Source of the DNA: an uncultured Bacteroidota bacterium
GTDB lineage: Bacteria > Bacteroidota > Bacteroidia > Bacteroidales > JAAUTT01
Direction of reading: 5' to 3'
Length of the DNA: 64,000 bases
NCBI GenBank assembly: GCA_963846585.1
Contig: CAWJWO010000002.1
Coordinates: 263,592 to 327,591, forward strand
The notes under the pieces were generated by a model that worked only from the letters and a program-made list of their open reading frames with translations, was not told the DNA's origin and made no database searches. Within the stretch, counting starts at the first letter, position 1. Each line of letters opens with the position of its first letter. The translations under genes were made by a program, and so were the position numbers. Positions 37,302 to 47,701 of this stretch are shown here, one piece after another.

Positions 37302-37373
37302 ATTGATTATTGAATATTGAATATTGAATATTGAAATATTTAGTCTTGGTTCCTGGCTCTTGGCTCTTGGTTC
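37302..37373 (+). repeat. (ATTGAAT)x5 array and CTTGGYTC module
   Basis: 37302-37337 attgattattgaatattgaatattgaatattgaaat. 37342-37373 agtcttggttcctggctcttggctcttggttc, the same module as 14241-14274 and 34347-34382. Confidence 0.9.
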
Positions 37374-37440
37374 TAATATTATTTAACAGATTTTAATAAT
37401 CTATTTTGAATTAATTCCTTATATTTAAACGATTTTTTAA

Positions 37441-37881
37441 ATGCGTAACTATCATAAAATTATGAAGATTGCCGTCGATTTTGATGGAACTATTGTTGAA
37501 CATAAATTTCCTGACATTGGTGAAGAATTGCTGTTTGCAATAGAAACTTTAAAAGAATTACAGCGTCAGCAACACCAGATAATCCTGTGGACTTTCCGAT
37601 CAAACAAGGAATTGGACGAGGCTGTGGAATATTGCAGTCGTCGTGGTTTAGAATTTTATGCTGTTAACAAAAATTTTCCTGAAGAAGTTTTTGATGATAC
37701 AATTAGTCGTAAAATAAATGCTGATCTGTATATAGATGATCGTAACCTGGGTGGATTTCCAGGTTGGAGCGTTGTCTTCGAAATGATACAAAATGGTATG
37801 TCTCTGGAGCCATATCAAAAAGAACTATCCGATAAAAAAAAGCCCTTTTCCGGCATATTTAAAGGCCTTTTTAGTACTTAA
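37441..37881 (+). CDS. Small HAD-like hydrolase (DxDGT motif), function unknown
   Basis: MKIAVDFDGTIVEH (a HAD motif I-like sequence), LWTFR, YIDDRN. Probable start is the ATG at 37462. Confidence 0.5.
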   Translation: MRNYHKIMKIAVDFDGTIVEHKFPDIGEELLFAIETLKELQRQQHQIILWTFRSNKELDEAVEYCSRRGLEFYAVNKNFPEEVFDDTISRKINADLYIDDRNLGGFPGWSVVFEMIQNGMSLEPYQKELSDKKKPFSGIFKGLFST

Positions 37882-37882
37882 T

Positions 37883-37985
37883 TATAAGAGGTTTATAAGG
37901 TTTATAAGGTTTATATTAATTATAATATTTTTCACTTAATCACTTAATCACCTCATAACTTAATCATTTAATCACCTAATCACTC
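37883..37985. repeat. Mosaic: (GGTTTATAA)x3 + (CACTTAAT)~6
   Basis: 37883-37915 tataagaggtttataaggtttataaggtttata. 37933-37985 cacttaatcacttaatcacctcataacttaatcatttaatcacctaatcactc. This is the reverse-complement arrangement of the blocks at 1821-1932 and 30044-30154. Confidence 0.9.
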
Positions 37986-37996
37986 ATATATTAAGA

Positions 37997-39106
37997 TTGA
38001 AAACTCTTTTACTAAAAACCTTTTGTACAATAATATTTATTGTATCAGTTGCTTCATCATGTAACAGGAACACACCTAACTCCTCGGATAATTCAGGTAC
38101 CCAAAATGAAAAAAGAACACTGCCCAAATCAAAAATTCATTTTATATTACCATTAAAAAATTCAACATGCAAATCGGGCAATAAACTAATTTTTCAGGTT
38201 GAACTTGCTGATAATGATTTATTTCCCGATTCAATAGAATTTCTTATAGATGGTAAAACAACCGGATCAGTTAAAAGTGTAACAGAGCCTTTTACCGTAC
38301 TGACAGATGGACTTAAAATGGGAACCAGAAATGCAGAAGCTATAGCCTTTTTCAAGGGAAACCGCAAAGATTTTGCAAATATTGTTTTTAAAATATTTGC
38401 CCCATCCCCTCCGGTTAACTATAATTATAATATTATTGAAATATTCCCTCATGACATTAACGCCTTCACTCAGGGACTTATATATGAAGATGGATTTATT
38501 TTTGAGGGAACAGGAGAATACACTCAATCTACATTGAGAAAAGAAAAATTAAGTTCAGGTGAATTGATCCTTTCAATAAATTTACCATCTGATGTTTTTG
38601 GTGAAGGTGTTACGGCGTTTGATGACAAATTAATACAACTAACATGGAAAGAACAAGTTGCTTTTATTTATGATAAAGCTACCTTTAAATTGATTAACAA
38701 ATTGCATTATCCAATAAAAGAAGGCTGGGGTATTACTTATGATGGCAAAAACCTTATTATGAGCGATGGTTCTGCTTATCTTTACTATCTGAAAAAAGAA
38801 GACATGTCAGAAGTCGACAGGCTTGAAGTATCCGATGATAAGGGCCCTGTTGAAAAATTAAATGAATTGGAATATATAAATGGTGAAATATGGGCTAATG
38901 TCTGGCAAACAGATTACATAATCAGAATTAATGCCAAAAATGGTGCAGTAAATGGAAAACTGGATCTTTCCGGCTTATTAAAGGCAAAAGACAGGCATCC
39001 TAATACAGATGTACTTAATGGCATAGCATTTATACCTCAAACCAATCATTTAATTGTAACCGGCAAGAATTGGCCTAAGCTATTTGAAATATCCGTCCAT
39101 AAATAG
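37997..39106 (+). CDS. Glutaminyl-peptide cyclotransferase (beta-propeller type) lipoprotein
   Basis: TTG start and lipobox VASSCN. FPHDINAFTQGLIYEDGFIFEGTGEYTQSTL, FGEGVTAFDDKLIQLTWKE, EGWGITYDGKNLIMSDGS, LNELEYINGEIWANVW. Confidence 0.85.
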   Translation: MKTLLLKTFCTIIFIVSVASSCNRNTPNSSDNSGTQNEKRTLPKSKIHFILPLKNSTCKSGNKLIFQVELADNDLFPDSIEFLIDGKTTGSVKSVTEPFTVLTDGLKMGTRNAEAIAFFKGNRKDFANIVFKIFAPSPPVNYNYNIIEIFPHDINAFTQGLIYEDGFIFEGTGEYTQSTLRKEKLSSGELILSINLPSDVFGEGVTAFDDKLIQLTWKEQVAFIYDKATFKLINKLHYPIKEGWGITYDGKNLIMSDGSAYLYYLKKEDMSEVDRLEVSDDKGPVEKLNELEYINGEIWANVWQTDYIIRINAKNGAVNGKLDLSGLLKAKDRHPNTDVLNGIAFIPQTNHLIVTGKNWPKLFEISVHK

Positions 39107-39291
39107 TGTTTGTCTATTCGGTTATTTTTAATAACTTTATTGAAAAGATGTTGAAAAGATGTTAATAACTCGAATTTTATTGTTTATAATTGAATCGGCA
39201 TCTTACCGTATTATTAATGAATGGATGTTAATTTTGCGACGATCTTAATTTAGAAAATAATTAAACCATTATAAACCAGAAATTTAAAAAG

Positions 39292-40089
39292 ATGTCAAAA
39301 GTAATCGCATTGGCAAATCAAAAGGGTGGTGTTGGAAAAACAACTACTGCTATTAATCTGTCAGCAAGTTTGGCTGTACTTGAAAAAAAAATATTGCTAA
39401 TAGATGCTGATCCACAGGCGAATGCAACTTCAGGCCTGGGTTTTGACATCCGATCCATCAAGGCTAGTATTTATGATTGCCTTATTGATGGTTTAGACCC
39501 TAAAGAAATAGTCCTGAAATCAGAAATACCTGGCCTTGATCTTATTCCTTCTCATATTGACCTGGTTGGTGCAGAGATTGAAATGGTAAACCTGCCGGAC
39601 CGTGAAAAAATTTTAAAACGTGTAATTGCTAAAATAAAAGACGATTATGATTATGTATTGATAGATTGTTCTCCATCATTAGGATTAATAACTGTTAATG
39701 CCCTAAGTGCTGCAAATTCTGTTATAATTCCCGTGCAATGTGAATATTTTGCACTTGAAGGTTTGGGTAAACTTCTCAATACGATAAAATTTATTCAGAC
39801 CAGGTTAAACACTTCACTTGAAATTGAAGGTTTCCTTTTAACCATGTATGACGCCCGCTTACGTTTAAGTAACCAGGTAGTTGATGAAGTTACAAAGCAT
39901 TTCCAACAAATGGTATTTAAAACATTGATCCAACGCAATATAAAACTTAGTGAATCACCAAGCTTTGGTAAACCTGTAATTCTTTACGACGCGAGTTCTA
40001 CCGGGTCAATTAATTACCTTAATATGGCAAAGGAATTCCTCCAAAAGAATGAAGAATCTGTACACAGTACTGAAAAAGTATTTAATTGA
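39292..40089 (+). CDS. parA: Chromosome partitioning ATPase ParA/Soj
   Basis: Deviant Walker A NQKGGVGKTTTAINL, then LIDADPQANAT, IDCSPSLG, PSFGKPVILYD. Confidence 0.9.
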   Translation: MSKVIALANQKGGVGKTTTAINLSASLAVLEKKILLIDADPQANATSGLGFDIRSIKASIYDCLIDGLDPKEIVLKSEIPGLDLIPSHIDLVGAEIEMVNLPDREKILKRVIAKIKDDYDYVLIDCSPSLGLITVNALSAANSVIIPVQCEYFALEGLGKLLNTIKFIQTRLNTSLEIEGFLLTMYDARLRLSNQVVDEVTKHFQQMVFKTLIQRNIKLSESPSFGKPVILYDASSTGSINYLNMAKEFLQKNEESVHSTEKVFN

Positions 40090-40109
40090 TAAAACCACTT
40101 TAATTTAAA

Positions 40110-41081
40110 ATGGCTGTTAAAAAAAGTGCATTGGGTAGAGGTTTAAGTGCTTTAATCGAAGATGCCAATGAGGGTAAAAAACGCGGTAACAACGATTCTT
40201 TCAGCGATATTGATATTAACCTGATAGAAGTGAATCCTTTTCAGCCACGCAAAACTTTCGAAGAGGATGCATTACAGGATCTTGCCGTATCAATTCGTGA
40301 ATTGGGTATTATCCAACCAATTACAGTTAGAAAATCAGATGCCAATAAATACCAGTTAATAACAGGTGAACGTAGGCTACGTGCATCACAGTTGGCAGGA
40401 TTAACTGCAATTCCTGCATATATCAGAATCGCCAACGATCAGGCAATGCTTGAATTGTCTCTTGTTGAAAACATCCAGAGGGAAGATCTTGATGCTATTG
40501 AAATAGCCATAAGTTTTCAGAGATTGATAGAAGAATGCAACCTCACCCAGGAAGATCTAAGCGAAAGGGTTGGGAAAAAACGTGCTACAGTATCCAATTA
40601 TCTGAGACTATTAAAACTACCCGCCGAAATGCAGATAGCAATCAGAAACCGCAAAATCTCAATGGGGCACGCCAGGGCTATCATTAATGTCGATTCAGAA
40701 ACTGAACAAAAAAACCTTTTCCATAAAATTTTGGATGAGGGGCTTTCTGTCAGACAGGTTGAAGATATCGTTAGGTCTATATCAACAGTGAGGGAATCTG
40801 ATTCTGCATTACAAAATAATATTATTGCTGACGAAACATCAGTTCAAAATACTGCTGTATCAGAAAATGTCACCGGAGAATCAATTAAAACAGGGCCAAA
40901 GAAAAAGTTCCCTGATGAAACTTTAAAGGATTACAGTAATTTTCAAAGCAAGTTGCGTAACCATTTTAATGTTAAAGTTGAGGTAACGCGCAATAATAAT
41001 GGCGCTGGTAAAATAGTTATCCCTTTTAATTCTGATGATGAATTATCCAGGATTATTAATATCCTTGAATCAAAAGAATAG
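40110..41081 (+). CDS. parB: Chromosome partitioning protein ParB/Spo0J
   Basis: ALGRGLSALI, NPFQPRK, IQPITVRK, ITGERRLRAS, and the HTH segment LTQEDLSERVGKKRATVSNYLRLLKLP. Confidence 0.9.
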   Translation: MAVKKSALGRGLSALIEDANEGKKRGNNDSFSDIDINLIEVNPFQPRKTFEEDALQDLAVSIRELGIIQPITVRKSDANKYQLITGERRLRASQLAGLTAIPAYIRIANDQAMLELSLVENIQREDLDAIEIAISFQRLIEECNLTQEDLSERVGKKRATVSNYLRLLKLPAEMQIAIRNRKISMGHARAIINVDSETEQKNLFHKILDEGLSVRQVEDIVRSISTVRESDSALQNNIIADETSVQNTAVSENVTGESIKTGPKKKFPDETLKDYSNFQSKLRNHFNVKVEVTRNNNGAGKIVIPFNSDDELSRIINILESKE

Positions 41082-41150
41082 TGCATAGTGCATAGTACTT
41101 AGTGCATAGTTCACATTACTAGCAACTAGCAACTAACAACTAACAACTAA
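41079..41150. repeat. TAGTGCW array (41079-41114) followed by CAACTAR array (41119-41150)
   Basis: tagtgcatagtgcatagtacttagtgcatagttcac begins with the parB stop codon. ctagcaactagcaactaacaactaacaactaa ends 6 nt before the next start. Confidence 0.9.
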
Positions 41151-41156
41151 TTTGAA

Positions 41157-41864
41157 TTGCTAATAATAAAGACGAAATATTTACTTACAATCCTTATAAT
41201 AATATTAGTTGCTGCAATTCCTGCAACAGGCCAGAATAATAATCAGGTATCCCAAGACACTATAACTGTTGGCAGTGACACTACTTCAACAGAAACAGAC
41301 ACTACGTCAATAGTTTACAGACATAACCCTGCCAGGGCAGCTTTCCTGTCAGCAGTTGTACCCGGACTTGGCCAAATATATAACGGAAAGGGTTTGTTCT
41401 GGCGATTGCCTGTACTATATGCCGGAATTGCTGTTGAAGTTTATGTTATATCTTACATGAATACTCAATACCAAAATTTTCATTCAGCTTATGTTAACTA
41501 TACAACATATATTAATAATCTTGGAGGCAATACTTATAACCCTGTTTATGTATATAAGATGCTTTCAAGCCTTGGTATTATTTCTTTAAGTACAATATCT
41601 GAATACGGCCTAAACGGAAATACAAGCATTATTTCAACTCTTAAAGTAAATAATGATTCATATAAGCAATGGCTCGATTTAAATGTAATCATAATGGCAG
41701 GTATCTATTTTTTAAATATTATAGATGCTACAGTTACCGCTTATTTTTTTGACTATAACATCTCAGATGACCTTACGCTAAAAATTCGTCCTGCCATATT
41801 AAATAATTCAATTACAAATATTGGAACCTTAGGACTGAAAATTTCGTTTAACCTGCGTAAATAA
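41157..41864 (+). CDS. DUF5683-like membrane protein
   Basis: 235-aa ORF (TTG start) with PARAAFLSAVVPGLGQIYNGKGLFWRLPVLYAG. The position directly after parAB matches conserved Bacteroidota synteny as I recall it. Confidence 0.65.
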   Translation: MLIIKTKYLLTILIIILVAAIPATGQNNNQVSQDTITVGSDTTSTETDTTSIVYRHNPARAAFLSAVVPGLGQIYNGKGLFWRLPVLYAGIAVEVYVISYMNTQYQNFHSAYVNYTTYINNLGGNTYNPVYVYKMLSSLGIISLSTISEYGLNGNTSIISTLKVNNDSYKQWLDLNVIIMAGIYFLNIIDATVTAYFFDYNISDDLTLKIRPAILNNSITNIGTLGLKISFNLRK

Positions 41865-41872
41865 AATGAATT

Positions 41873-43399
41873 ATGTCTATGATAAAATTATACTTTACTG
41901 CAATAATTCTCTGGTTTTTTGGAATTACAATAAATGCCCAGGTTGATGATACACTGATTAATAATATACCATTTATTAATGCCGACAAGAATATTGATAG
42001 CCTGATCAGGAATATGTTTGCACAGGAACCTGCGCACGGAGATAGTGCCCTTCCTGTTGATATAGATACTACTCAGAACATTATAACAGATATTCCTGAT
42101 TCAGTTTATATTGACAGAATAAAAAGAATACCATCAGCAATTAGTTTTACATACAATGAAGTTGTAAAACGCTATATAGAGGTATATACAATTAAAAAAC
42201 AGGATAAACTGCAGGAAATGTTAGGATTGAAAGATTATTATTTCCCCATGATTGAAGAAATTCTGGATTCATATGGCATACCTCTGGAATTAAAATATTT
42301 ATCTGTAATAGAATCAGCTTTAAATCCCAGGGCAGTATCAAGAGCCGGGGCAACAGGTTTATGGCAATTTATGTACCATACCGGCCGTTTATATAACCTT
42401 ACAATAAATTCGTTCGTTGATGAACGCCGCGACCCTGTTTTAGCTACCAGGGCTGCTGCAAAATATCTTAAAGACGCGTATTATGTTTATAACGACTGGG
42501 TATTAGCCATTGCAGCCTATAACTGTGGCGCAGGCAATGTTAACAGGGCAATTCACAGATCCGGAGGAAAATCAAATTATTGGGATATATATCCTTTTTT
42601 ACCCCGTGAAACAAGGGGATACGTTCCGGCTTTCATAGCCGCTGCCTATTCAATGACATACTATAAGGAACATGGGCTTTCCCCTGTTATTTCATATATG
42701 CCGCCAAATACGGATACTGTAATGATTAACGAAAACCTTCATTTACAACAAATCTCTGATGTAATGCATATACCCCTTCAACAACTTATAGAACTTAACC
42801 CGCAATATAGGTTAAATATTATACCTGGCAGGTATTCAGCTTGCCCATTGCGCCTTCCCGATAATCTGACAAATCAATTTATTGATTTACAGGATTCAAT
42901 ATTAAAATATAAACACGATGTCTTTTTCTCAGGCGATTTTAAAATAGTTAATCCTTCGTATTTTAAATATGGCCGGTATGCAACTGCAATACCTTCAAAA
43001 AATATGCTTAAACTTATTTACACTGTTAAATCAGGAGATAACCTCGCAGGTATTGCCGCAACATATAAAGTCAGGATTAACGATTTACGTTATTGGAATG
43101 ATATTTCCCGCAATAATATAAAAACAGGTCAACATTTGATTGTTTATATACCTAAAAAACAATTAAATGATAATAATACAATTTCAAAAACCTCACCAGA
43201 TACGATGATTCCGGTTAAAGGTAACATGAATGAAATTGACGGATTCATTTATTACCAGGTAAAAAATGGCGACAGCCTTTGGAAAATCGCTAATCAATTT
43301 CCTGGTGTATCTGATTTGGATATTATAAAATGGAATAATATATCCAGGCCAGACAAAATTAAACCGGGGCAAACTATAAAAATTAAAAAGATAAACTAA
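41873..43399 (+). CDS. Lytic transglycosylase (SLT domain, MltD-like) with C-terminal LysM domains
   Basis: SLT catalytic region LSVIESALNPRAVSRAGATGLWQFM...AAYNCGAGNV. Two LysM-like repeats (YTVKSGDNLAGIAATYKVRINDLRYWN; YQVKNGDSLWKIANQF...IIKWNN). Confidence 0.85.
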   Translation: MSMIKLYFTAIILWFFGITINAQVDDTLINNIPFINADKNIDSLIRNMFAQEPAHGDSALPVDIDTTQNIITDIPDSVYIDRIKRIPSAISFTYNEVVKRYIEVYTIKKQDKLQEMLGLKDYYFPMIEEILDSYGIPLELKYLSVIESALNPRAVSRAGATGLWQFMYHTGRLYNLTINSFVDERRDPVLATRAAAKYLKDAYYVYNDWVLAIAAYNCGAGNVNRAIHRSGGKSNYWDIYPFLPRETRGYVPAFIAAAYSMTYYKEHGLSPVISYMPPNTDTVMINENLHLQQISDVMHIPLQQLIELNPQYRLNIIPGRYSACPLRLPDNLTNQFIDLQDSILKYKHDVFFSGDFKIVNPSYFKYGRYATAIPSKNMLKLIYTVKSGDNLAGIAATYKVRINDLRYWNDISRNNIKTGQHLIVYIPKKQLNDNNTISKTSPDTMIPVKGNMNEIDGFIYYQVKNGDSLWKIANQFPGVSDLDIIKWNNISRPDKIKPGQTIKIKKIN

Positions 43400-43401
43400 A
43401 A

Positions 43402-43512
43402 TAGTGCTTGGTTCATAGTGCTTAGTGCATAGAAGTTGTAAAGGTTGTAGGGGTTATAGAGGTTGAAGAGGATGTAAAAATACAACTTTACAACTTTTAC
43501 AACCTTTACAAC
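43402..43512. repeat. TAGTGCW array (43402-43432) and inverted TACAACCTT arrays (43435-43512)
   Basis: tagtgcttggttcatagtgcttagtgcatag. Then gttgtaaaggttgta (43435-43449) is perfectly complementary to tacaacctttacaac (43498-43512), with degenerate units between them. Confidence 0.9.
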
Positions 43513-43537
43513 TATATAACCATAATACTTTTCAAAT

Positions 43538-45040
43538 ATGAAGCCCTTGCATGTTTTCATTTTTGGCTTTTGCGTTTTCATAATTTTAGCTTCTATTTCA
43601 CTGATATTTAATAATCATCCCCCTGAATTATTAGGATATACGTTTAATGTGCCTCCCTTTTCAATAAATAATTATAAAACCAAATACAAGGATATTTCAC
43701 AAATCATTAAACTTTCAAAAATCATTTCGGATACAACCACAATCTGCAAACCTGATTCATTAAAATCAATTACTAAAAAACTTCCCCAAAACACAAGGAC
43801 TACATATAAATATTCAAAATCAGGAATAAATGCAGATAGTATCCGCTATATTATTCGTGAAATTGAATTCCCTGATGGCCAGGATACTTTATTATACCCA
43901 TTTTTCAGACAATTAGGCAATTTACAGGAAAACAATAAATTAATCAGAATTTTGCATTATGGTGATTCCCAAATTGAAGGTGACAGAATAACTTCATACT
44001 TAAGAAATCAATTGCAAACTCAGTTCGGAGGAAACGGAACAGGCCTTTTACCAATTATTGCTGCAAACCCGTCATCAATGTCGTATGTATATAAGACATC
44101 AGGTAACTGGACTAAATATTCTCCCTTTCAACCATCTTCAACAGATATACATTTTAATAAATACGGGGCACTTATTTGTTTTGCCAAAATGAATGAAACT
44201 TCCGTATTTTCAGAAAAAGATAAGGATATAGAGGGATGGATTAATTTACAACATTCGAATTTACCATATCCCTTAACAGGAAATTTTCAGGTATGCCGTG
44301 TGTTTTATGGGTTTAATAAATCTCCAATGATCATTGAACTTGATCAGAAAAAACAATTGCTTGATGCAGAACTTTATGAAGCTTCGCCTGGTTTAAGTGT
44401 TGCCCAATGGATTGTTCATTGGCCTGTAAACGATTTAACTGTTAAAATTAAAACCAACGCTTCTCCTTATGTTTTTGGAATAGCTCTTGATGGAAAAAAT
44501 GGTATTGCGGTTGATAACATACCTTTAAGGGGAAGTTCAGGACTTGAATTCACTAAAATGGACCTGACGTTTCTTCATGAGTTTTATAAATTACTTAATG
44601 TTAAATTATTAATTCTTCAGTTTGGTGTCAATATTGTTCCATATGTAACTGATAATTATGATTATTACAAAAAGAATTTCATTCAGCAATTGAAATTATT
44701 AAAAGTGTATAATCCTGATATTTCTATTATAGTAATTGGCGTGAGCGATGTATCAAGAATTGGGAAAAATGGATATGAATCCTATCCGAATATTGAAAAA
44801 ATCAGAAATGCTCAAAAAAAAGCTGCATTTGAAACAGGTTGTGCATTTTGGGATAGCTTTGAAGCTATGGGGGGCAACAATTCCATGCCCAGCTGGGTAT
44901 TTGCCAACCCACCGTTAGCCCAGAAGGATTTTATACACTTCAATACAACCGGTGCAAAAATTATCGGGGAAATGTTCTATCGTTCCTTCATTAAAGAGTA
45001 TACCAATTTTACTGATTATAATAAAGCAATAACTCCTTAA
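43538..45040 (+). CDS. SGNH/GDSL-like hydrolase or acyltransferase family protein (partner of MBOAT)
   Basis: 500-aa ORF with an N-terminal TM segment. Block I-like ILHYGDSQIEGDR, then QFGVN and a DFIHFN (DxxH-like) block near the C-terminus. Sits 4 nt upstream of the MBOAT gene. Confidence 0.55.
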   Translation: MKPLHVFIFGFCVFIILASISLIFNNHPPELLGYTFNVPPFSINNYKTKYKDISQIIKLSKIISDTTTICKPDSLKSITKKLPQNTRTTYKYSKSGINADSIRYIIREIEFPDGQDTLLYPFFRQLGNLQENNKLIRILHYGDSQIEGDRITSYLRNQLQTQFGGNGTGLLPIIAANPSSMSYVYKTSGNWTKYSPFQPSSTDIHFNKYGALICFAKMNETSVFSEKDKDIEGWINLQHSNLPYPLTGNFQVCRVFYGFNKSPMIIELDQKKQLLDAELYEASPGLSVAQWIVHWPVNDLTVKIKTNASPYVFGIALDGKNGIAVDNIPLRGSSGLEFTKMDLTFLHEFYKLLNVKLLILQFGVNIVPYVTDNYDYYKKNFIQQLKLLKVYNPDISIIVIGVSDVSRIGKNGYESYPNIEKIRNAQKKAAFETGCAFWDSFEAMGGNNSMPSWVFANPPLAQKDFIHFNTTGAKIIGEMFYRSFIKEYTNFTDYNKAITP

Positions 45041-45044
45041 AATA

Positions 45045-46595
45045 TTGCATAAAGTTATTTGGATGAAAAGTAACATTTTCTACATAGTGTTAAGCCAGCT
45101 CTCTTATGATCCGTCTTCTCCTATGCTGTTTACCAATATATCGTTCTGGTTGTTCTTTCTTATTGTTTTGCTTGGATATTCAATAATTTATAAGAATTTA
45201 GCTTTAAGGAATGGTTACCTGTTGTTCGTAAGCCTTTTTTTCTATTATAAGTGCAGTGGCATATTCGTATGGCTGTTGGTAATTTCAATTATAACAAATT
45301 ATTTCATCGGTATTGGAATTGCACACAGCTCGAAAAAATTTATCAGGAAACTATATGTTGTTCTGGGGATAATATTATGTATAGCCTTATTATCGTATTT
45401 TAAGTATACCGGATTTTTTATCGAATGTTGGAACAGGATTTTCAATACCAATTACAGTGTAATAAATTATATTGCTATATGGGCCAATCAAATTGATAAA
45501 ACCTCGCACTTCGATATCAACACAATCATACTACCGGTGGGTATTTCATTTTATACATTTCAGGCATTAAGCTATTTGATTGATCTATATCGATATAGGA
45601 CTAAGCCTGCTAAAAATATAATCGATTTTGGGTTTTATAAATCTTTTTTCCCTCAAATAGTATCAGGGCCAATTGTCAGGGCTGCCGAGTTTATCCCTCA
45701 AATTTACAAAGGCTATGCAATTACAAACAGGGAAATGGGACATGCATTATTTTTAATTATAAATGGATTAATTAAAAAAATGATCATTTCTGATTATTTA
45801 TCCTTAAATTTTGTGGATAGAATTTTCGATAGTCCGCTTAGTTATTCGGGGTTCGAAAATTTATTGGGAGTTTACGGGTATGCTATTCAAATCTATTGTG
45901 ATTTTTCAGGTTACACTGATATAGCTATTGGAATTGCCCTGTTGTTAGGATTCAGGATACCAATCAATTTTAATTCCCCCTATAAAGCTGCAGATCTCAC
46001 AGATTTCTGGAGACGCTGGCATATATCTTTATCCTCCTGGCTGCGTGATTATCTGTATATTCCATTGGGAGGAAACAGAAAAGGCAAAATAATTACTAAC
46101 TTAAACCTGTTGATTACAATGTTGATTGGTGGATTATGGCATGGAGCAAATATAAGGTTCCTAATCTGGGGTGCTTTGCATGGAATTGGCTTAATAATAA
46201 ATAAGTTATGGCAAAAAATATTTGGAAATAAAAAATCCGTAAGGAGATTAAGAAAGTTCATTTATCAATTCTTAACATTCCAGTTTGTAACATTCGCATG
46301 GATATTCTTCAGAAGCCAAAACCTGCCTAATGCATTTCAAATTATCAATCAAATTGTACATCATTTTCAGTTTCAGCTGATACCTGATATAATACAAAGT
46401 TATCCTGCCATTATTACAGTTTTATTTGCAGGTTTTGTAATGCACTGGTTACCTTATTCCATAAAAGAAAAATACAGAGGATGGTTTATTAAAACGCCAA
46501 TTTATGTAAAAGCAATTATTACCATCATGGCAGTTATTCTAATTGTTCAGGTTAAATCTTCAGTTTTACAGCCATTTATATATTTTCAATTTTAG
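45045..46595 (+). CDS. MBOAT family O-acyltransferase (AlgI/DltB/PatA-like)
   Basis: Polytopic ORF with [38 protein letters not shown] and GLWHGA (catalytic His). The true start may be the ATG at 45063 or 45123 ([12 protein letters not shown]). Confidence 0.85.
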   Translation: MHKVIWMKSNIFYIVLSQLSYDPSSPMLFTNISFWLFFLIVLLGYSIIYKNLALRNGYLLFVSLFFYYKCSGIFVWLLVISIITNYFIGIGIAHSSKKFIRKLYVVLGIILCIALLSYFKYTGFFIECWNRIFNTNYSVINYIAIWANQIDKTSHFDINTIILPVGISFYTFQALSYLIDLYRYRTKPAKNIIDFGFYKSFFPQIVSGPIVRAAEFIPQIYKGYAITNREMGHALFLIINGLIKKMIISDYLSLNFVDRIFDSPLSYSGFENLLGVYGYAIQIYCDFSGYTDIAIGIALLLGFRIPINFNSPYKAADLTDFWRRWHISLSSWLRDYLYIPLGGNRKGKIITNLNLLITMLIGGLWHGANIRFLIWGALHGIGLIINKLWQKIFGNKKSVRRLRKFIYQFLTFQFVTFAWIFFRSQNLPNAFQIINQIVHHFQFQLIPDIIQSYPAIITVLFAGFVMHWLPYSIKEKYRGWFIKTPIYVKAIITIMAVILIVQVKSSVLQPFIYFQF

Positions 46596-47452
46596 CCCAG
46601 ATAACCTTTCAGCAATTTGCTTCGGGAAGTATGGCGCAATCGGCGAATAGCTTTTTCTTTAATCTGTCGCACCCGTTCCCGTGTCAATCCAAATTTCTCC
46701 CCTATCTCTTCAAGAGTCATTTCCTGAATCCCAATACCAAAAAATAATTTTATAATATCACGTTCCCGTTCAGTAAGGGTAGCTAATGCCCTGTCAATTT
46801 CCCTGCTGAGCGACTCATTAATAAGACGGCGGTCAGCATTAGGAGAATCATTATTTATTAAAACATCAAGCAAACTATTATCTTCTCCTTCGACAAATGG
46901 AGCATCTACAGAAACATGCCTTCCTGATACGCGCAATGTGTCAGCTACTTTTTCCTTTGGAAGTTCAAGGACATCAGCCAGTTCTTCAGGTGAAGGCGTA
47001 CGTTCGTTCTCCTGTTCAAATTTTGAAAAGGCTTTATTTATTTTATTCAGCGATCCTACCTGGTTTAAAGGCAGACGAACTATTCTGGATTGTTCTGCCA
47101 ATGCCTGCAAAATAGATTGACGAATCCACCAAACTGCGTATGAAATAAATTTAAATCCACGAGTTTCATCAAATTTTTCTGCTGCTTTAATCAAACCAAG
47201 GTTTCCTTCATTTATTAAGTCGGGAAGACTAAGCCCTTGGTTCTGATATTGTTTAGCCACAGATACCACAAAACGTAAATTTGCCCTGGTTAATTTTTCA
47301 AGAGCAGCCCTGTCACCCTTTTTAATTCGTTGAGCTAATTCAACTTCTTCTTCTACAGTAATTAATTCTTCTTTACCTATTTCCTGCAGATATTTATCAA
47401 GCGAAGCGCTTTCTCTGTTTGTAATTGATTTTGTGATCTTTAATTGTCTCAT
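46592..47452 (-). CDS. rpoD: Primary RNA polymerase sigma factor (sigma-70 family, Bacteroidota SigA type)
   Basis: 286-aa ORF. Region 2 [35 protein letters not shown], region 4.2 [28 protein letters not shown]. Confidence 0.92.
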   Translation of the reverse strand: MRQLKITKSITNRESASLDKYLQEIGKEELITVEEEVELAQRIKKGDRAALEKLTRANLRFVVSVAKQYQNQGLSLPDLINEGNLGLIKAAEKFDETRGFKFISYAVWWIRQSILQALAEQSRIVRLPLNQVGSLNKINKAFSKFEQENERTPSPEELADVLELPKEKVADTLRVSGRHVSVDAPFVEGEDNSLLDVLINNDSPNADRRLINESLSREIDRALATLTERERDIIKLFFGIGIQEMTLEEIGEKFGLTRERVRQIKEKAIRRLRHTSRSKLLKGYLG

Positions 47453-47530
47453 TTCCCGCGATCAGAATTTTGTGCGAATTTAGGCTATTTTAATATATAA
47501 TTCAACATATATTATACAAATAAGTTCGAT

Positions 47531-47555
47531 AAAAAAAGGCCTGCCCAGGCAAGCC
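47531..47555 (-). terminator. Intrinsic terminator between htrA and rpoD
   Basis: Minus-sense ggcttgcc-tg-ggcaggcc followed by ttttttt (plus strand aaaaaaaggcctgcccaggcaagcc). GC-rich stem plus U7. Confidence 0.65.
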
Positions 47556-47558
47556 CTA

Positions 47559-47700
47559 TTTTAGTTTTTAGTTGTTGGTTGCTAGTTGCTAGCTGCTAAA
47601 GGTCATTTATGCAATATTTAATTTATTTGGAATGCATTAAAATATAAAAATATAATCGAATAAATATTTAATTAACTAACAACCATCAACTAACAACTAA
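47559..47700. repeat. Inverted TTAGTTG / CAACTAA arrays bracketing an 82-nt AT-rich loop (htrA-rpoD spacer)
   Basis: 47559-47599 ttttagtttttagttgttggttgctagttgctagctgctaa. 47672-47700 ttaactaacaaccatcaactaacaactaa. The arms 47561-47589 and 47672-47700 are 25/29 complementary. Confidence 0.85.
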
Positions 47701-47701
47701 A

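Noticed and set aside
39107-39291. Possible oriC, DnaA-box cluster or parS near parAB and gyrB, including the direct repeat tgaaaagatgtt x2 at about 39140-39165
   Set aside because: I found no cluster of TTATCCACA-type boxes and no TGTTTCACGTGAAACA-like parS. dnaA is absent from the window. The 12-nt duplication alone is not diagnostic.
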